This document shows, one piece after another, positions 9,972 through 19,738 of a DNA stretch of 64,000 bases. The position numbers were made by a program, and so were the translations under genes. Source of the stretch: Candidatus Eremiobacteria bacterium (GTDB lineage Bacteria > Vulcanimicrobiota > Vulcanimicrobiia > Vulcanimicrobiales > Vulcanimicrobiaceae). Positions within the stretch are counted from its first letter, which is position 1. Each line of letters opens with the position of its first letter. The notes under the pieces are model-generated. The model did not search any database, had not been told where the DNA came from, and saw only the letters and a list, made by a program, of their open reading frames with translations. The stretch spans positions 576,001 to 640,000 of the forward strand of contig CAVWUU010000001.1 in assembly GCA_963758295.1 (NCBI GenBank). Direction: 5' to 3'.

Positions 9972-11168
9972 CTACAAGGAAGCGACGGCCTTCAGGCCGC
10001 CCAGCGCCATATCGTCCTGCGCGGGAATCGTATGCACGTTGGCGATCTGCGCGATCAACGCCGCGATTCGCCGGGAACTGCGAACCGGTGCGACGATCTC
10101 CTGATTGTTCCTGATCTGTTCTAAGCGATCGGGCGTGCGAATCATGTTGCGTACCGCTTGAACGACTTCGGCGGCGCCGTGCAATGCGACGGCGCCCAGG
10201 CCGTTATGCCGGACGAAGTCGACGTTGCCGCGTTCTTGGCCCGGCACGTAATCGTATACGACCACCGGAAGTTTTGCGGCGTTGGCTTCAGCAAGCGATC
10301 CGGGGCCGGCTTTGGTAACAAGCAAGTCGACGGCCCGGAAATACTCCGGAATCTTATCGGTAAAGCCCAGAACCGTCATCGGGGTAGGCAGCGTGCTTGC
10401 CATTTGCTCGAGCCTCTCGCGTAACGGTTCGTTGCGGCCGCAAACGACGAGCAGATGAATCGGCAAACGAGACTTAGCTAAGGCGAGCGTCGTGGGCAGA
10501 AGTTTTCCTCCGCCTTCGCCACCCGCCATAAGCATGACGATGAGCTTATCGTTCGGTAGGTTCAGATGCGCGCGCAGCTCTGCTTTCGTCCCGACTACGT
10601 CGTCGAATTTCGGATGGATCGGCTGGCCGAGCAAACGCAGGCGTGACGGCGAGATGCCGCGGGAAAGGGCGCGCTCGTACACTTCTCGAGCCGGGACGAC
10701 TACGGCATCAGCTTCGGGCGTTAGCCACGATTCGTGAACTTTGCCGAGATCGGTGATGACGGTGACGATTGGAATCGACTGCATGTGCGCGTCGGCACGG
10801 GCACGCAACGCGGCATGGTTGAGCAATGGGTGCACCGAGACGATGACATCGGGCTTATAAGTCAGGAAGAGGTCGCGCAGGCGCTCGCGGTAGAGCGGCT
10901 CGCAAAAACGGACCAGCGCGCGATACCGGCGCCGGCCATTGGTTGCATAATAGAGAGCGCCGTACACCGGAGGCGCATATCGCAGCGCCATACTGTAGCC
11001 CAGACCGAGCTGGGTCAGCGGAAAGGAACAGTGGGCGGCTACGTCCTCGATGCGGTGTTCGAACGCAAACGGCTCCTTGATCTCGTCCAGCGCTGCGGTT
11101 ATCGCATTCGCTGCGCTTCTATGCCCGCCGCCGGTATCCGAGATCAAAAAGAGTGCCCGTTTGGTCAT
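9972..11168 (-). CDS. MGDG synthase / UgtP-like diacylglycerol glycosyltransferase (GT28)
   Basis: TGGGHRSAA, VSVHP, TVITD, GGEG, TKAGPGS, PGQERGN. Confidence 0.88.
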   Translation of the reverse strand: MTKRALFLISDTGGGHRSAANAITAALDEIKEPFAFEHRIEDVAAHCSFPLTQLGLGYSMALRYAPPVYGALYYATNGRRRYRALVRFCEPLYRERLRDLFLTYKPDVIVSVHPLLNHAALRARADAHMQSIPIVTVITDLGKVHESWLTPEADAVVVPAREVYERALSRGISPSRLRLLGQPIHPKFDDVVGTKAELRAHLNLPNDKLIVMLMAGGEGGGKLLPTTLALAKSRLPIHLLVVCGRNEPLRERLEQMASTLPTPMTVLGFTDKIPEYFRAVDLLVTKAGPGSLAEANAAKLPVVVYDYVPGQERGNVDFVRHNGLGAVALHGAAEVVQAVRNMIRTPDRLEQIRNNQEIVAPVRSSRRIAALIAQIANVHTIPAQDDMALGGLKAVASL

Positions 11169-11181
11169 TCAGTCTCCGTCG

Positions 11182-11709
11182 TTAAGCTCGCGCCGGCGCC
11201 CGTTTCGCTCGTCTCAGCGCCGCGTTGCGATAGCGGCGGCTGGTTGGAGCGAGTTTGGCAATTAAAGCGCGGGCAGGCGCGTCGTAAAAGCGAAAGATGT
11301 CGCCAAACTCGATATCGGGGTTTCGGTGGTGGCCGTCGTGGTCCTCGGGCAGCACGATTTGCAGCGGCCGGGCGATTGCATGCAGCCATGCCGGCGTGCG
11401 CCATCCGATTTCTGTCGTATGGCGCCACCACACGTGAAGTTGGCCAAGAACGAGGCCGATGAGCGCTCCGGGCCAAGAAATCGGCCAAACGAGCGCGGCG
11501 ATCGCCAGATAAGGAACGGCGCCAAGAAATCCGTCGAGCAAAACTTCGGGGCTGCGCGAAAGTACGGCGTGGTCCCAATACGAGCGTCTGCGATCGTGAT
11601 GGGTGCGCAAATGGAGCGTGAACCAAAGATGTTGCGGCACGTGATAGAAAAACGTCGAAGCAAAATCGCCTACTATAAGTACGATCAGCGTTGCTGCCAC
11701 TAGTGCCAT
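11182..11709 (-). CDS. Fatty acid hydroxylase / sterol desaturase superfamily membrane protein
   Basis: Four His boxes (HVPQH, HLRTHH, HVWWRH, HDGHH) separated by hydrophobic segments. Confidence 0.75.
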   Translation of the reverse strand: MALVAATLIVLIVGDFASTFFYHVPQHLWFTLHLRTHHDRRRSYWDHAVLSRSPEVLLDGFLGAVPYLAIAALVWPISWPGALIGLVLGQLHVWWRHTTEIGWRTPAWLHAIARPLQIVLPEDHDGHHRNPDIEFGDIFRFYDAPARALIAKLAPTSRRYRNAALRRAKRAPARA

Positions 11710-12434
11710 CGATACGGGTCCCTCATCTGAAATCTTTTGCCGTCGCTTGCGCTGCTGCACTCTTGTGCGGCTGCACTTCATCTACCTTTGACCGAATGCG
11801 CACCGGATATGTTTCACAGCCGCGGCTCGATCGTGCCCTTAACACCGCGTTAAGCTGGCCTTCTCCGTCGCACGTTGATGCGCTCTTGGGAGCGCGTCTG
11901 TTGCAGGACGGAACGCGGGTATCTTACCCGGAAATCGCCATCGCTCGCGCCATTATGCGAACCAATCCTCGCATCAACGCAATGGGGGCGCTGATGCTCG
12001 CCGATGCAACCGCGCGCGAGGCAAGGGCTGCCCGCCTGCCCCCGGAGTTTTTAGGCGCAACGCTCTTGCAAGAGTCCGCTTACGATCCGCGTGCGCTCTC
12101 GTCGGCGGGGGCGGTTGGAATCGCGCAGTTCGAGTTGGAGACAGCGGCCGAAAGCGGCGTAAATCCGTACGATCCGTTCGATGCGATCGCGGGCGCCTCT
12201 CGATTGCTGGGGGGCTATGTCGAACGGTATCGGGGCCGGTACGCGGACGCGTATGCCGCTGCGCTTGCTGCCTATAATGCGGGCCCCGGCGCGGTAGCAC
12301 GCTATCGCGGGGTTCCTCCGTATGCCGAAACGAGAGCATACATTTCAGATATCTACGAGCGGTGGGGACGGATCGCTTCCTACGAGCGCTTGGTAGCGGA
12401 TTTTCCGCATCACAAGTTGAAGGCGCGCAAATGA
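11691..12434 (+). CDS. SLT-domain lytic transglycosylase, probable lipoprotein (start uncertain, possibly ~11727)
   Basis: QES, ALSSAGAVGIAQF, AAYNAGPG, PPYAETRAY; LLCGC lipobox-like. Confidence 0.85.
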   Translation: MLPLVPSIRVPHLKSFAVACAAALLCGCTSSTFDRMRTGYVSQPRLDRALNTALSWPSPSHVDALLGARLLQDGTRVSYPEIAIARAIMRTNPRINAMGALMLADATAREARAARLPPEFLGATLLQESAYDPRALSSAGAVGIAQFELETAAESGVNPYDPFDAIAGASRLLGGYVERYRGRYADAYAAALAAYNAGPGAVARYRGVPPYAETRAYISDIYERWGRIASYERLVADFPHHKLKARK

Positions 12435-12919
12435 TTCGTCCATTGCCGTTGGCTGCTGCTGTTTTGGCCGTCGCTCTTGCCGCATGCGGCAGCGTGACCG
12501 ACTCCGTGAAGTTCAACGTTCCGCCGCGGTACGAAAGCCGGGCGTCTTTGGGCCCCTTCATGCAAATTTGGGAGACGCCGGACAAGAAAAGCATGATGAT
12601 GCTGATGGCGTTTCCCGGGCAAGCGGATGTCAATAAGGCGATGAGCGATGCGAAGATCGACAACAGCAAAGTCAAGAAGCACGAACGCATCACGATCTGC
12701 GGAAATCAGCAGGCCGACTTCGTTCAAGCCGAAGGCGCGACCGGAACGAACGTAAAACTCGGCATGGGCGCCGGCGAAACCACGAAGAGCAATAGCAATA
12801 TCGATATGCTCGTGACCAGGGCAAACGGCAAAACGTATTTCGCGATGTATGCGTGGCCGTTGCGCGATGCCGCCGACCCGCAAGCTGAGGCCGCCGTGCG
12901 CGGCGTCTGCTCGAAATAG
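12431..12919 (+). CDS. Hypothetical lipoprotein
   Basis: ATG overlaps the upstream TGA; lipobox LAAC. Confidence 0.75.
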   Translation: MIRPLPLAAAVLAVALAACGSVTDSVKFNVPPRYESRASLGPFMQIWETPDKKSMMMLMAFPGQADVNKAMSDAKIDNSKVKKHERITICGNQQADFVQAEGATGTNVKLGMGAGETTKSNSNIDMLVTRANGKTYFAMYAWPLRDAADPQAEAAVRGVCSK

Positions 12920-12927
12920 GCCGGACG

Positions 12928-14328
12928 TTGGCGTCGATTCTTCGCCAACTTTTCGCAAGACAACCACTTACTTGGAGCCAGCCGGACGACGATCAGCCGA
13001 AGCTGAGACGCGCGCTCGGATGGCCCGCGCTTACCGCCATCGGTCTCGGCACGATGCTTGGCGGAATCTTTCCTACAATTGGCGCCGGCGCGCACGCGGC
13101 CGGCCCGGCGGTCATTCTCGCGTACATCCTTTCCGGACTCGTGAGCGTCTGCGTCGCGCTGTGCTATGCCGAATTCGCTTCGATGGTGCCGGTGGCCGGA
13201 AGCGCGTACACCTATGCGTATGCGACACTTGGCGAACTTGTCGCATGGGTCATCGGCTGGGACTTGATTTTGGAATACGGGCTGTCTGTTGCACCGACGG
13301 CTTCGTCTTGGTCCGATTATTTTCAACATCTTTTGGGCAATATCGGCATCCATCTTCCGGCGTGGGCGCAAACCGCGGCACCGCTTGCGGCGCATCCGCA
13401 GATCGACGTGCCGGCCGCGCTCGTTACGCTCGCAATCACGGCGCTTGTCGCAATCGGAATTCGCGAGTCCGCAAGCGTCAACGGCGTTCTCGTCGTGGTG
13501 CAGATCGTCGCGATGCTCGTGTTTATTGCGGTCGTCGCGCACGCGGTTAAGCCGCAGTTCTTGCATCCCTTCGCGCCGTTCGGGTGGCACGGAGTAGTCG
13601 CGAGTAGCGCGCTCGTGTTTTTTGCCTACATCGGTTTCGATACGGTAACCGTAGCTTCGGAAGAAGCGCACAAACCCGAACGCGACGTTCCAATCGGAAT
13701 CATTCTTGCGCTTGTGATCGGCGGAATTCTCTATATCGCGCTTACTCTATGCAGCGTCGGCGTATTGCCGTTCGCGCAACTCTCCGAGGGCGCGGCGATG
13801 CTCGATGCGTACAACGCGGTTTCGAAGAACCAACTGATTTACTGGATCATCGCGTTCGGCGGTATCGCCGGCAACACGACGGTTATGCTTACGTCGCTGC
13901 TCGGGCAGATTCGCATCTTCTACGTGATGGCGCGCGACCGGCTGTTGCCTCCAGGCGTCGCTCGCGTGCATCCCGTGCTGCGAACGCCGGCGCGAATGAC
14001 GTTCATCACTGGTTGCATAGTGGCCGTTTTTGCCGCGATCTTTCCGCTTTCCGATCTGCTCACGCTCGTCAACATCGGCACGCTTGCCGCTTTTGCCATC
14101 GTCTGTCTTGGCGTGCTCGTGTTGCGGTATGCCGCTCCGGAGGCGCCCCGTCCGTTCCGCGCGCCGCTGCTGCCGTTTTTCTCAGTAGCGGGCACGATCG
14201 TATGCTTCTATTTGATCTCGGGCCTTCAGGTGGCAACCTGGGTCCGTTACGGGATATGGTTCGCCGTGGGAATTTTGATCTACGCTTTCTATGGGTTCCA
14301 TCGGTCCCGGGTGAAACCGCGCGATTAA
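12928..14328 (+). CDS. APC-family amino acid permease (cationic amino acid transporter-like)
   Basis: About 12 TM segments, GTMLGGIF, YAEFASMVPVAGSAY, FFAYIGFD, MARDRLLP. Confidence 0.92.
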   Translation: MASILRQLFARQPLTWSQPDDDQPKLRRALGWPALTAIGLGTMLGGIFPTIGAGAHAAGPAVILAYILSGLVSVCVALCYAEFASMVPVAGSAYTYAYATLGELVAWVIGWDLILEYGLSVAPTASSWSDYFQHLLGNIGIHLPAWAQTAAPLAAHPQIDVPAALVTLAITALVAIGIRESASVNGVLVVVQIVAMLVFIAVVAHAVKPQFLHPFAPFGWHGVVASSALVFFAYIGFDTVTVASEEAHKPERDVPIGIILALVIGGILYIALTLCSVGVLPFAQLSEGAAMLDAYNAVSKNQLIYWIIAFGGIAGNTTVMLTSLLGQIRIFYVMARDRLLPPGVARVHPVLRTPARMTFITGCIVAVFAAIFPLSDLLTLVNIGTLAAFAIVCLGVLVLRYAAPEAPRPFRAPLLPFFSVAGTIVCFYLISGLQVATWVRYGIWFAVGILIYAFYGFHRSRVKPRD

Positions 14329-14369
14329 ACCCGGCGTTGGGGGTATAACGGCCTCACTACGGAGGAAGC

Positions 14370-15374
14370 ATGCACCAGCCGACTACATCCCTGTCCCAAC
14401 GTCTAAAATTCGTGGAGCTGCCTCAGGCGGTCGCTTCCAGCAGCTTTGCAGATGACGTTGCCAACGGGCTTACGAGTGAGTCGAAGCGCCTGCATTCAAA
14501 ATACTTCTACGACGATCTAGGCTCCGCGCTTTTCGACGCCATCACAAAGGTGCCCGAATACTACCTAACGCGGGCGGAAACGCAAATCCTCAAGGATTGG
14601 GGATGGGAAATGGTTCGCGTCCTCGAGGAGCCGGTCGAGTTTCTGGAATTAGGCAGTGGAAGCGCCACGAAGACGCGCATTTTGATCGAAGAAGCTCTTC
14701 GGGTGCAAACGACGTTGCGGTATAATCCCATCGAAATTTCGATGGACGCGCTTCGCTCATCGTCGAGTTCGCTCGTGGATGCATATCCCGGGCTTTTCGT
14801 GCGTGGTTTCCACGGTGATTACTTCACCGTCCTCAAATCCGGCGTAGCCCAATTCGACCGCCGCGTGCTGGCAATGTTGATGGGTTCAAACATCGGCAAT
14901 TATCAGCCGGAAGAAGCGAAGGGGCTGCTGGCGCTTCTCGCGGGCGCGCTGCGTCCGGGCGACGGCCTTTTGCTTGGAACGGACTGGAAGAAAGACCGCG
15001 AGACGCTGGAGCTTGCATACAACGATCCAACCGGCGTGACGGCGGCTTTTGATAAGAACGTGCTCGCGCGCATCAATCGCGAACTCGGCGGAAATTTCGA
15101 CCTCTCCGCGTTCGAGCATATAGCGCGCTACGATGAAGCGCGCGGCGCAATTGACTCCTTCCTGCGCGCAAAAACTGCGCAGGCCGTTACGATTGAGGCG
15201 CTCGGCCTTTCGGTTTGGTTCGAACAAGACGAAGAGATTCATACGGAATCCTCGTACAAGTTCGATGAAGAGCGGGTAGGTGAGCTCGCGCGGGCTACGG
15301 GCTTCGCGCACCGGAAGACCTGGTACGATCGCGGACGCCGGTTCGGCGTGTCGCTGCTCGTCCGCGAAGGGTAG
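14370..15374 (+). CDS. egtD: EgtD-like SAM-dependent amino acid N-alpha-methyltransferase (Methyltransf_33)
   Basis: KYFYDDLGSALF, PEYYLTRAE, ELGSGS, GSNIGN, AYNDPTGVTAAF, IHTESSYKF; GGAGG RBS and TATAAC upstream. Confidence 0.85.
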   Translation: MHQPTTSLSQRLKFVELPQAVASSSFADDVANGLTSESKRLHSKYFYDDLGSALFDAITKVPEYYLTRAETQILKDWGWEMVRVLEEPVEFLELGSGSATKTRILIEEALRVQTTLRYNPIEISMDALRSSSSSLVDAYPGLFVRGFHGDYFTVLKSGVAQFDRRVLAMLMGSNIGNYQPEEAKGLLALLAGALRPGDGLLLGTDWKKDRETLELAYNDPTGVTAAFDKNVLARINRELGGNFDLSAFEHIARYDEARGAIDSFLRAKTAQAVTIEALGLSVWFEQDEEIHTESSYKFDEERVGELARATGFAHRKTWYDRGRRFGVSLLVREG

Positions 15375-15400
15375 CAGGCCCGGCGCGCGAAGGGCGCGCC

Positions 15401-17470
15401 ATGAACACGTTTCGTTGGTGCGCTGCCGCGCTTGCGATCGCAGCGCTGATTTGTGCGACTCCCGCGGCGGCGCAGCCGCGGCCCGTTGCGGCGGAAGACC
15501 TTTTCAAGATCGCGTTTCTCGAGAACGCTCAGATCTCGCCCGACGGCAAGCACGTGGCCGTGGTGCGCACGCGCATGAATGGGCCGAAGAACACCTACGA
15601 AAGTACGGTGTTGCTCGTCGACGTTGCAAACGGCGTGACCACCGATATCACGCGCGGGAAGCACGATGGGGACACGGCCTGGGCGCCGGATTCCAAGTTC
15701 CTATATTTCGTTCGCCCCGATAAGAAGAAGCGTCCGCAAATCTTTCGGTACACGTTGAACGGCGGCAAGATCACGCAATTGACCTCGGTCAAAGACGGCG
15801 CGAGCGGCCCGGTTCCTTCGCATGACGGACGACGGATAGCCTTTACCGTTACGCAAACCGATGCGGCGCACGCAACGTACGTAGACTTTGCAAAGGCCGG
15901 ATTCAAGCCCGGTAAGGACGAGCAGAAGACGGATATTCGCACGATCGACACGATGGGCTTCGAAGTCAACGGGGCCGGCTTCGTGTACGACAAACACGCG
16001 CATATCTGGGTCGTGAATTCCGGCGGCGGCGGTGCACGCGCCCTGACGTCGGGAAAGTACTCTGAAAATCTGGCCGGCTGGTCGTATGACGATGCAACGC
16101 TCGTGTTCAATTCGACGCGGTACGATCCGGTCGACTCCGGTCCCACCGACGTCTACACCATGCCGTCTTCGGGCGGAGCAATGCACAAGCTTGCGTCCGA
16201 TCAACCCGTAAACTTCGCGTTTTTTGTTTCGCGTAAAAGCGACCGGCTATGGTATGGTGCGGCCGGCGTGGATGATCCCGGAGCTTACCCCGCGATTCGT
16301 AGCGCAAAATTCGACGGTTCCGATATGCGCGAAGTAGTCGCCAAGAACACCGTTTCTTTCGGTGATGCGTTGCTCGCCGATATGAAAGAAGGCGGCGGCG
16401 GATGCGGCGACCTTCTGCCCGACGAAAGAACCGCGGTAGCCAATGTGGACGGACCGGGTTACTCGAATCTACGCCGCGTCGATTTGCAAAACGGATCGGT
16501 GGCCGACCTTACGCCTGCACGCGGAGAAGCTTGGTCTTGTTCGCTATCGCGCGACGGCAAAACCGTTGCATACCTCTATAGCGATTTCACGCATCCCGGT
16601 GAAGTCTACGTCGCCGATACGGCGACCGGAACGCCGCGGCGGCTAACGCATGCGAACGACGCGTATTTGAATGGCGTGACGCTGTCGAAGCCGCAACCTT
16701 TTTCGGTGAAAGACTCTGCCGGCTTTACCGTGCAAGCATGGTTCATGCCGGCCGCCGGCGCGGCAGGAACGAAGCATCCGACGATTCTCGATATTCACGG
16801 CGGTCCGCAAACGCAATTTGGGGATACCTTCTTCCATGAATTCCAGATGTGGGCGTCGCTCGGCTATAACGTCGTGTTCGTCGACCCGCGCGGCAGCGTC
16901 GGCTTCGGGCATGCCTTCGAAGCGGCGTTGAATAAAGACTGGGGCAACGCGATGTTCGAAGACGAGCAGCTTGCGATGGACGAGGCGGCAAAGCGTCCGG
17001 AGGTCGATTCGTCGCGTCTAGGTGAAACGGGCGGCTCGTACGGCGGATATGCTACGCTTTGGGTCGTGTCGCACACCGACCGCTTCAAAACGGCAATTGC
17101 CGAACGCGTGGTAAGCGACTTACAAAGCGAATCGTTCGGGGCGGACTTCGCTTCGAAGAACGGTCTAGGCGGTTTCTATCAGTGGGGCGAGCCGTGGGAT
17201 CCCAAAAGCCTTTATGGACCGATGTCCCCGATAACCTACGTGAACGACGTGCATACGCCGTTGATGATTCTGCACTCCGACGATGATACGCGTACGCCGG
17301 TCGACAACACCGTGCAAGAGTACAACCTCTTGAAGATCCTCGGCCGAACCGTCACGTACGTTGACGTGCCGAACGAGACGCACGACCTAAACCGGACGGG
17401 CTCACCTATCCACCGCGTCGAGCGGTTGCACATCATGGCGGATTGGTTCGCGAAGTACCTTCACCCGTAG
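15401..17470 (+). CDS. Secreted S9-family peptidase (acylaminoacyl/dipeptidyl peptidase)
   Basis: Signal peptide, propeller repeats, IHGGP, GGSYGG nucleophile, DxR and C-terminal His. Confidence 0.92.
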   Translation: MNTFRWCAAALAIAALICATPAAAQPRPVAAEDLFKIAFLENAQISPDGKHVAVVRTRMNGPKNTYESTVLLVDVANGVTTDITRGKHDGDTAWAPDSKFLYFVRPDKKKRPQIFRYTLNGGKITQLTSVKDGASGPVPSHDGRRIAFTVTQTDAAHATYVDFAKAGFKPGKDEQKTDIRTIDTMGFEVNGAGFVYDKHAHIWVVNSGGGGARALTSGKYSENLAGWSYDDATLVFNSTRYDPVDSGPTDVYTMPSSGGAMHKLASDQPVNFAFFVSRKSDRLWYGAAGVDDPGAYPAIRSAKFDGSDMREVVAKNTVSFGDALLADMKEGGGGCGDLLPDERTAVANVDGPGYSNLRRVDLQNGSVADLTPARGEAWSCSLSRDGKTVAYLYSDFTHPGEVYVADTATGTPRRLTHANDAYLNGVTLSKPQPFSVKDSAGFTVQAWFMPAAGAAGTKHPTILDIHGGPQTQFGDTFFHEFQMWASLGYNVVFVDPRGSVGFGHAFEAALNKDWGNAMFEDEQLAMDEAAKRPEVDSSRLGETGGSYGGYATLWVVSHTDRFKTAIAERVVSDLQSESFGADFASKNGLGGFYQWGEPWDPKSLYGPMSPITYVNDVHTPLMILHSDDDTRTPVDNTVQEYNLLKILGRTVTYVDVPNETHDLNRTGSPIHRVERLHIMADWFAKYLHP

Positions 17471-18075
17471 CGCAACCGGCGCTGCACTAAGCGAATGAGC
17501 AAATCGACGACGATCGCGAGCGCGGAGGCCGCAACGCTTCCCGTCACGATCTCGTCGTTGTGGTGCAGCGTTAATCCCATAAAAATGAGCGTACCCAGGC
17601 CGCCGGCGCCGATGTAGCCGCCTAGCGTAGCGAGAGCGATCATGGCTACCGCGGCGATGCGAATGCCGCCGGCGATAACGGGCAACGCGAGCGGAAGCTG
17701 AACGCGCAAGAGCGCTTGACGCGGGGACATGCCTATGCCGGTCGCTGCGTCCAACTGTGCGCGATCCACGCCGTCCAGTCCCGCTACGATATTTCGTACG
17801 AGCATGAACTGCGCGTAGGCGACGAGCGCAATGAAAAGCGGCACCGTTCCAAGACCGAAGAGCGCAACGAGAATTGCGAGCAGCGCAAGGCTCGGAATCG
17901 TGTAAATCGCCCCAAGCGTCCCGAGCACGATGGGCGCCTCGCGCGACCGGCGCGAAACCGCAATGCCGACTGGTAAAGCGATGGCGAAGGCCACGGCAAG
18001 CGCGGCTAGCACGATCTGGAGATGCGCGAACGTAAGCTGTGCGACGTGGCCGGGATGCTCCAGCAAATACGTCAC
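17461..18075 (-). CDS. Opu/ProW-type ABC transporter permease
   Basis: YTIPSLALL, DAATGIGM EAA loop, ATLGGYIGAGGLG. Confidence 0.9.
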   Translation of the reverse strand: MTYLLEHPGHVAQLTFAHLQIVLAALAVAFAIALPVGIAVSRRSREAPIVLGTLGAIYTIPSLALLAILVALFGLGTVPLFIALVAYAQFMLVRNIVAGLDGVDRAQLDAATGIGMSPRQALLRVQLPLALPVIAGGIRIAAVAMIALATLGGYIGAGGLGTLIFMGLTLHHNDEIVTGSVAASALAIVVDLLIRLVQRRLRYG

Positions 18076-18854
18076 GCGCGCAGGCCCGCCGCCCGTTCGC
18101 GTATCTTCGCAATCGCTTCATCTCGCGCGAAAAGCTCGCTGACGAACCTTGTTGCCGGCTTCGCGAGAATTTCGATGGGCGTTGCCTCTTGCTCGATGCG
18201 CCCTTCACGCATGACAACGACGCGGTCTCCGAGCAATAGCGCTTCGTCGACGTCATGCGTCACGAAAACCGTTGTCGTCCCGAGCGTTCGCACGATTTCT
18301 GCAAGCTCGTGTTGCAGCTGATGGCGCACGATCGCATCCAGCGCGCCGAAAGGTTCGTCCATGAGCAGCACCCGCGGACGCGCCGCCAGCGCTCGTGCAA
18401 CCCCGACTCGTTGAGCCTCTCCGCCCGAGAGTTCGGCCGGCTTGCGGTTTTTATAGCGCTTCGGCTCGAGGCGGACGAGCGAAAGTATTTCATCGACTCG
18501 GGCGTCGATATCCGTTCGCGGCCATCCCAACAATTGCGGAACGATTGCGACGTTTTGCGCGACCGACATATGCGAAAAGAGGCCGACGGCTTGGATTGCA
18601 TAGCCGATGGTCCGCCGCATTTCGACCGCGTCCGTTTGCGAGATGTCGGTGCCGTCGATCCGAATCGCGCCGCTGTTAATTCGAACGAGCCGGTTGATCG
18701 TTCGCAACAGCGTCGTTTTTCCGCAGCCGGACGGACCAAGCAGCGTGACGACGGTTCCCGCTTCGATCGCGAGCGACACGCCGGAGAGTGCGTCCCGGTC
18801 GCCGTTTGCATATCGAACGGTAACCTCAGAGAGCTCGATCGCCGCACCGCTCAT
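18072..18854 (-). CDS. Opu/ProV-type ABC transporter ATPase
   Basis: GPSGCGKTT, LSGGE, LLMDEPFGALD, VTHD. Confidence 0.93.
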   Translation of the reverse strand: MSGAAIELSEVTVRYANGDRDALSGVSLAIEAGTVVTLLGPSGCGKTTLLRTINRLVRINSGAIRIDGTDISQTDAVEMRRTIGYAIQAVGLFSHMSVAQNVAIVPQLLGWPRTDIDARVDEILSLVRLEPKRYKNRKPAELSGGEAQRVGVARALAARPRVLLMDEPFGALDAIVRHQLQHELAEIVRTLGTTTVFVTHDVDEALLLGDRVVVMREGRIEQEATPIEILAKPATRFVSELFARDEAIAKIRERAAGLRA

Positions 18855-19738
18855 CCTATCGATCCTTTCAAGAAGTCGACCGCCACATCGGCGGGGTCGC
18901 GATCGTCGTCTTCGACGGAGGCGTTCATGCGCTGCGCCGCGCCGTTCGTAATTCTCGGCGCAATGCCGTTCAGGATCCGCGCGATGCGCGGTTCACGATG
19001 CAGCGTCGCGATTCGGACGGCCGGTGCGACGTTGTAAGGGGGCCACAAATGCTTGTCGTCTTCCAACACGACGAGGTGCTTCGCGGCGATCGTGCCGTCG
19101 GTCGTGAACGCCGTCGCAACGTCGGCTGCGCCGCTCAATAGAGCGCTATATTTCAACGCGATGTCATATGAACGCACCGAGGCGAACCGGAAGCCGCCGT
19201 AAAGACGCTGCAATCCCGGCAGTCCGTCGGCGCGCGTCTCGAACTCCGGAATGGTAGCGAGCCGCAATTTTGATGCCGCGCGCGCGAGGTCGGACAAGGT
19301 TTGCAAATGATACTCCTGCGCGATCGCCTGCGTCGTCGCAAGGCCTTGCGAGTCGTTCATCGGTGACCGTTCCAGCCATTCGATATCGTATTGCGTTCTA
19401 AAAGCGTCGCGAACGGTCGTATAGATTGCGGCCGGATCGCTCATAGGCGAATGGTGCAACACGTCGATCAGCGCGGTTCCGGTGTACTCCGGATACAAAT
19501 CGATGTCGCCGCGTTCCATAGCGGCGAGCGCGATTTGCGTGGAACCAAGATTTAGCCGCCGTTCCACTGCGACGCCATGCCGCTCCAGCGCTTGGGCGTA
19601 GATTTCAGCAATGACGATCGATTCAGTGAAGTTTTTCGAGCCGACGCGCACGCGCCGGCGGCCGCTGCACTGTGGAAGGACCGCAGCCGAAGCCAGGAGT
19701 GCGAGCGCGCGCCGGCGGCTGAAGGGTGAAACGCTCAT
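18851..19738 (-). CDS. Betaine/quaternary-amine ABC substrate-binding protein (OpuC/OsmF-like), Tat lipoprotein
   Basis: SRRRAL twin-Arg signal with Cys; GSKNFTE, YPEYTGT, RADGL, LEDDK. Confidence 0.9.
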   Translation of the reverse strand: MSVSPFSRRRALALLASAAVLPQCSGRRRVRVGSKNFTESIVIAEIYAQALERHGVAVERRLNLGSTQIALAAMERGDIDLYPEYTGTALIDVLHHSPMSDPAAIYTTVRDAFRTQYDIEWLERSPMNDSQGLATTQAIAQEYHLQTLSDLARAASKLRLATIPEFETRADGLPGLQRLYGGFRFASVRSYDIALKYSALLSGAADVATAFTTDGTIAAKHLVVLEDDKHLWPPYNVAPAVRIATLHREPRIARILNGIAPRITNGAAQRMNASVEDDDRDPADVAVDFLKGSIG

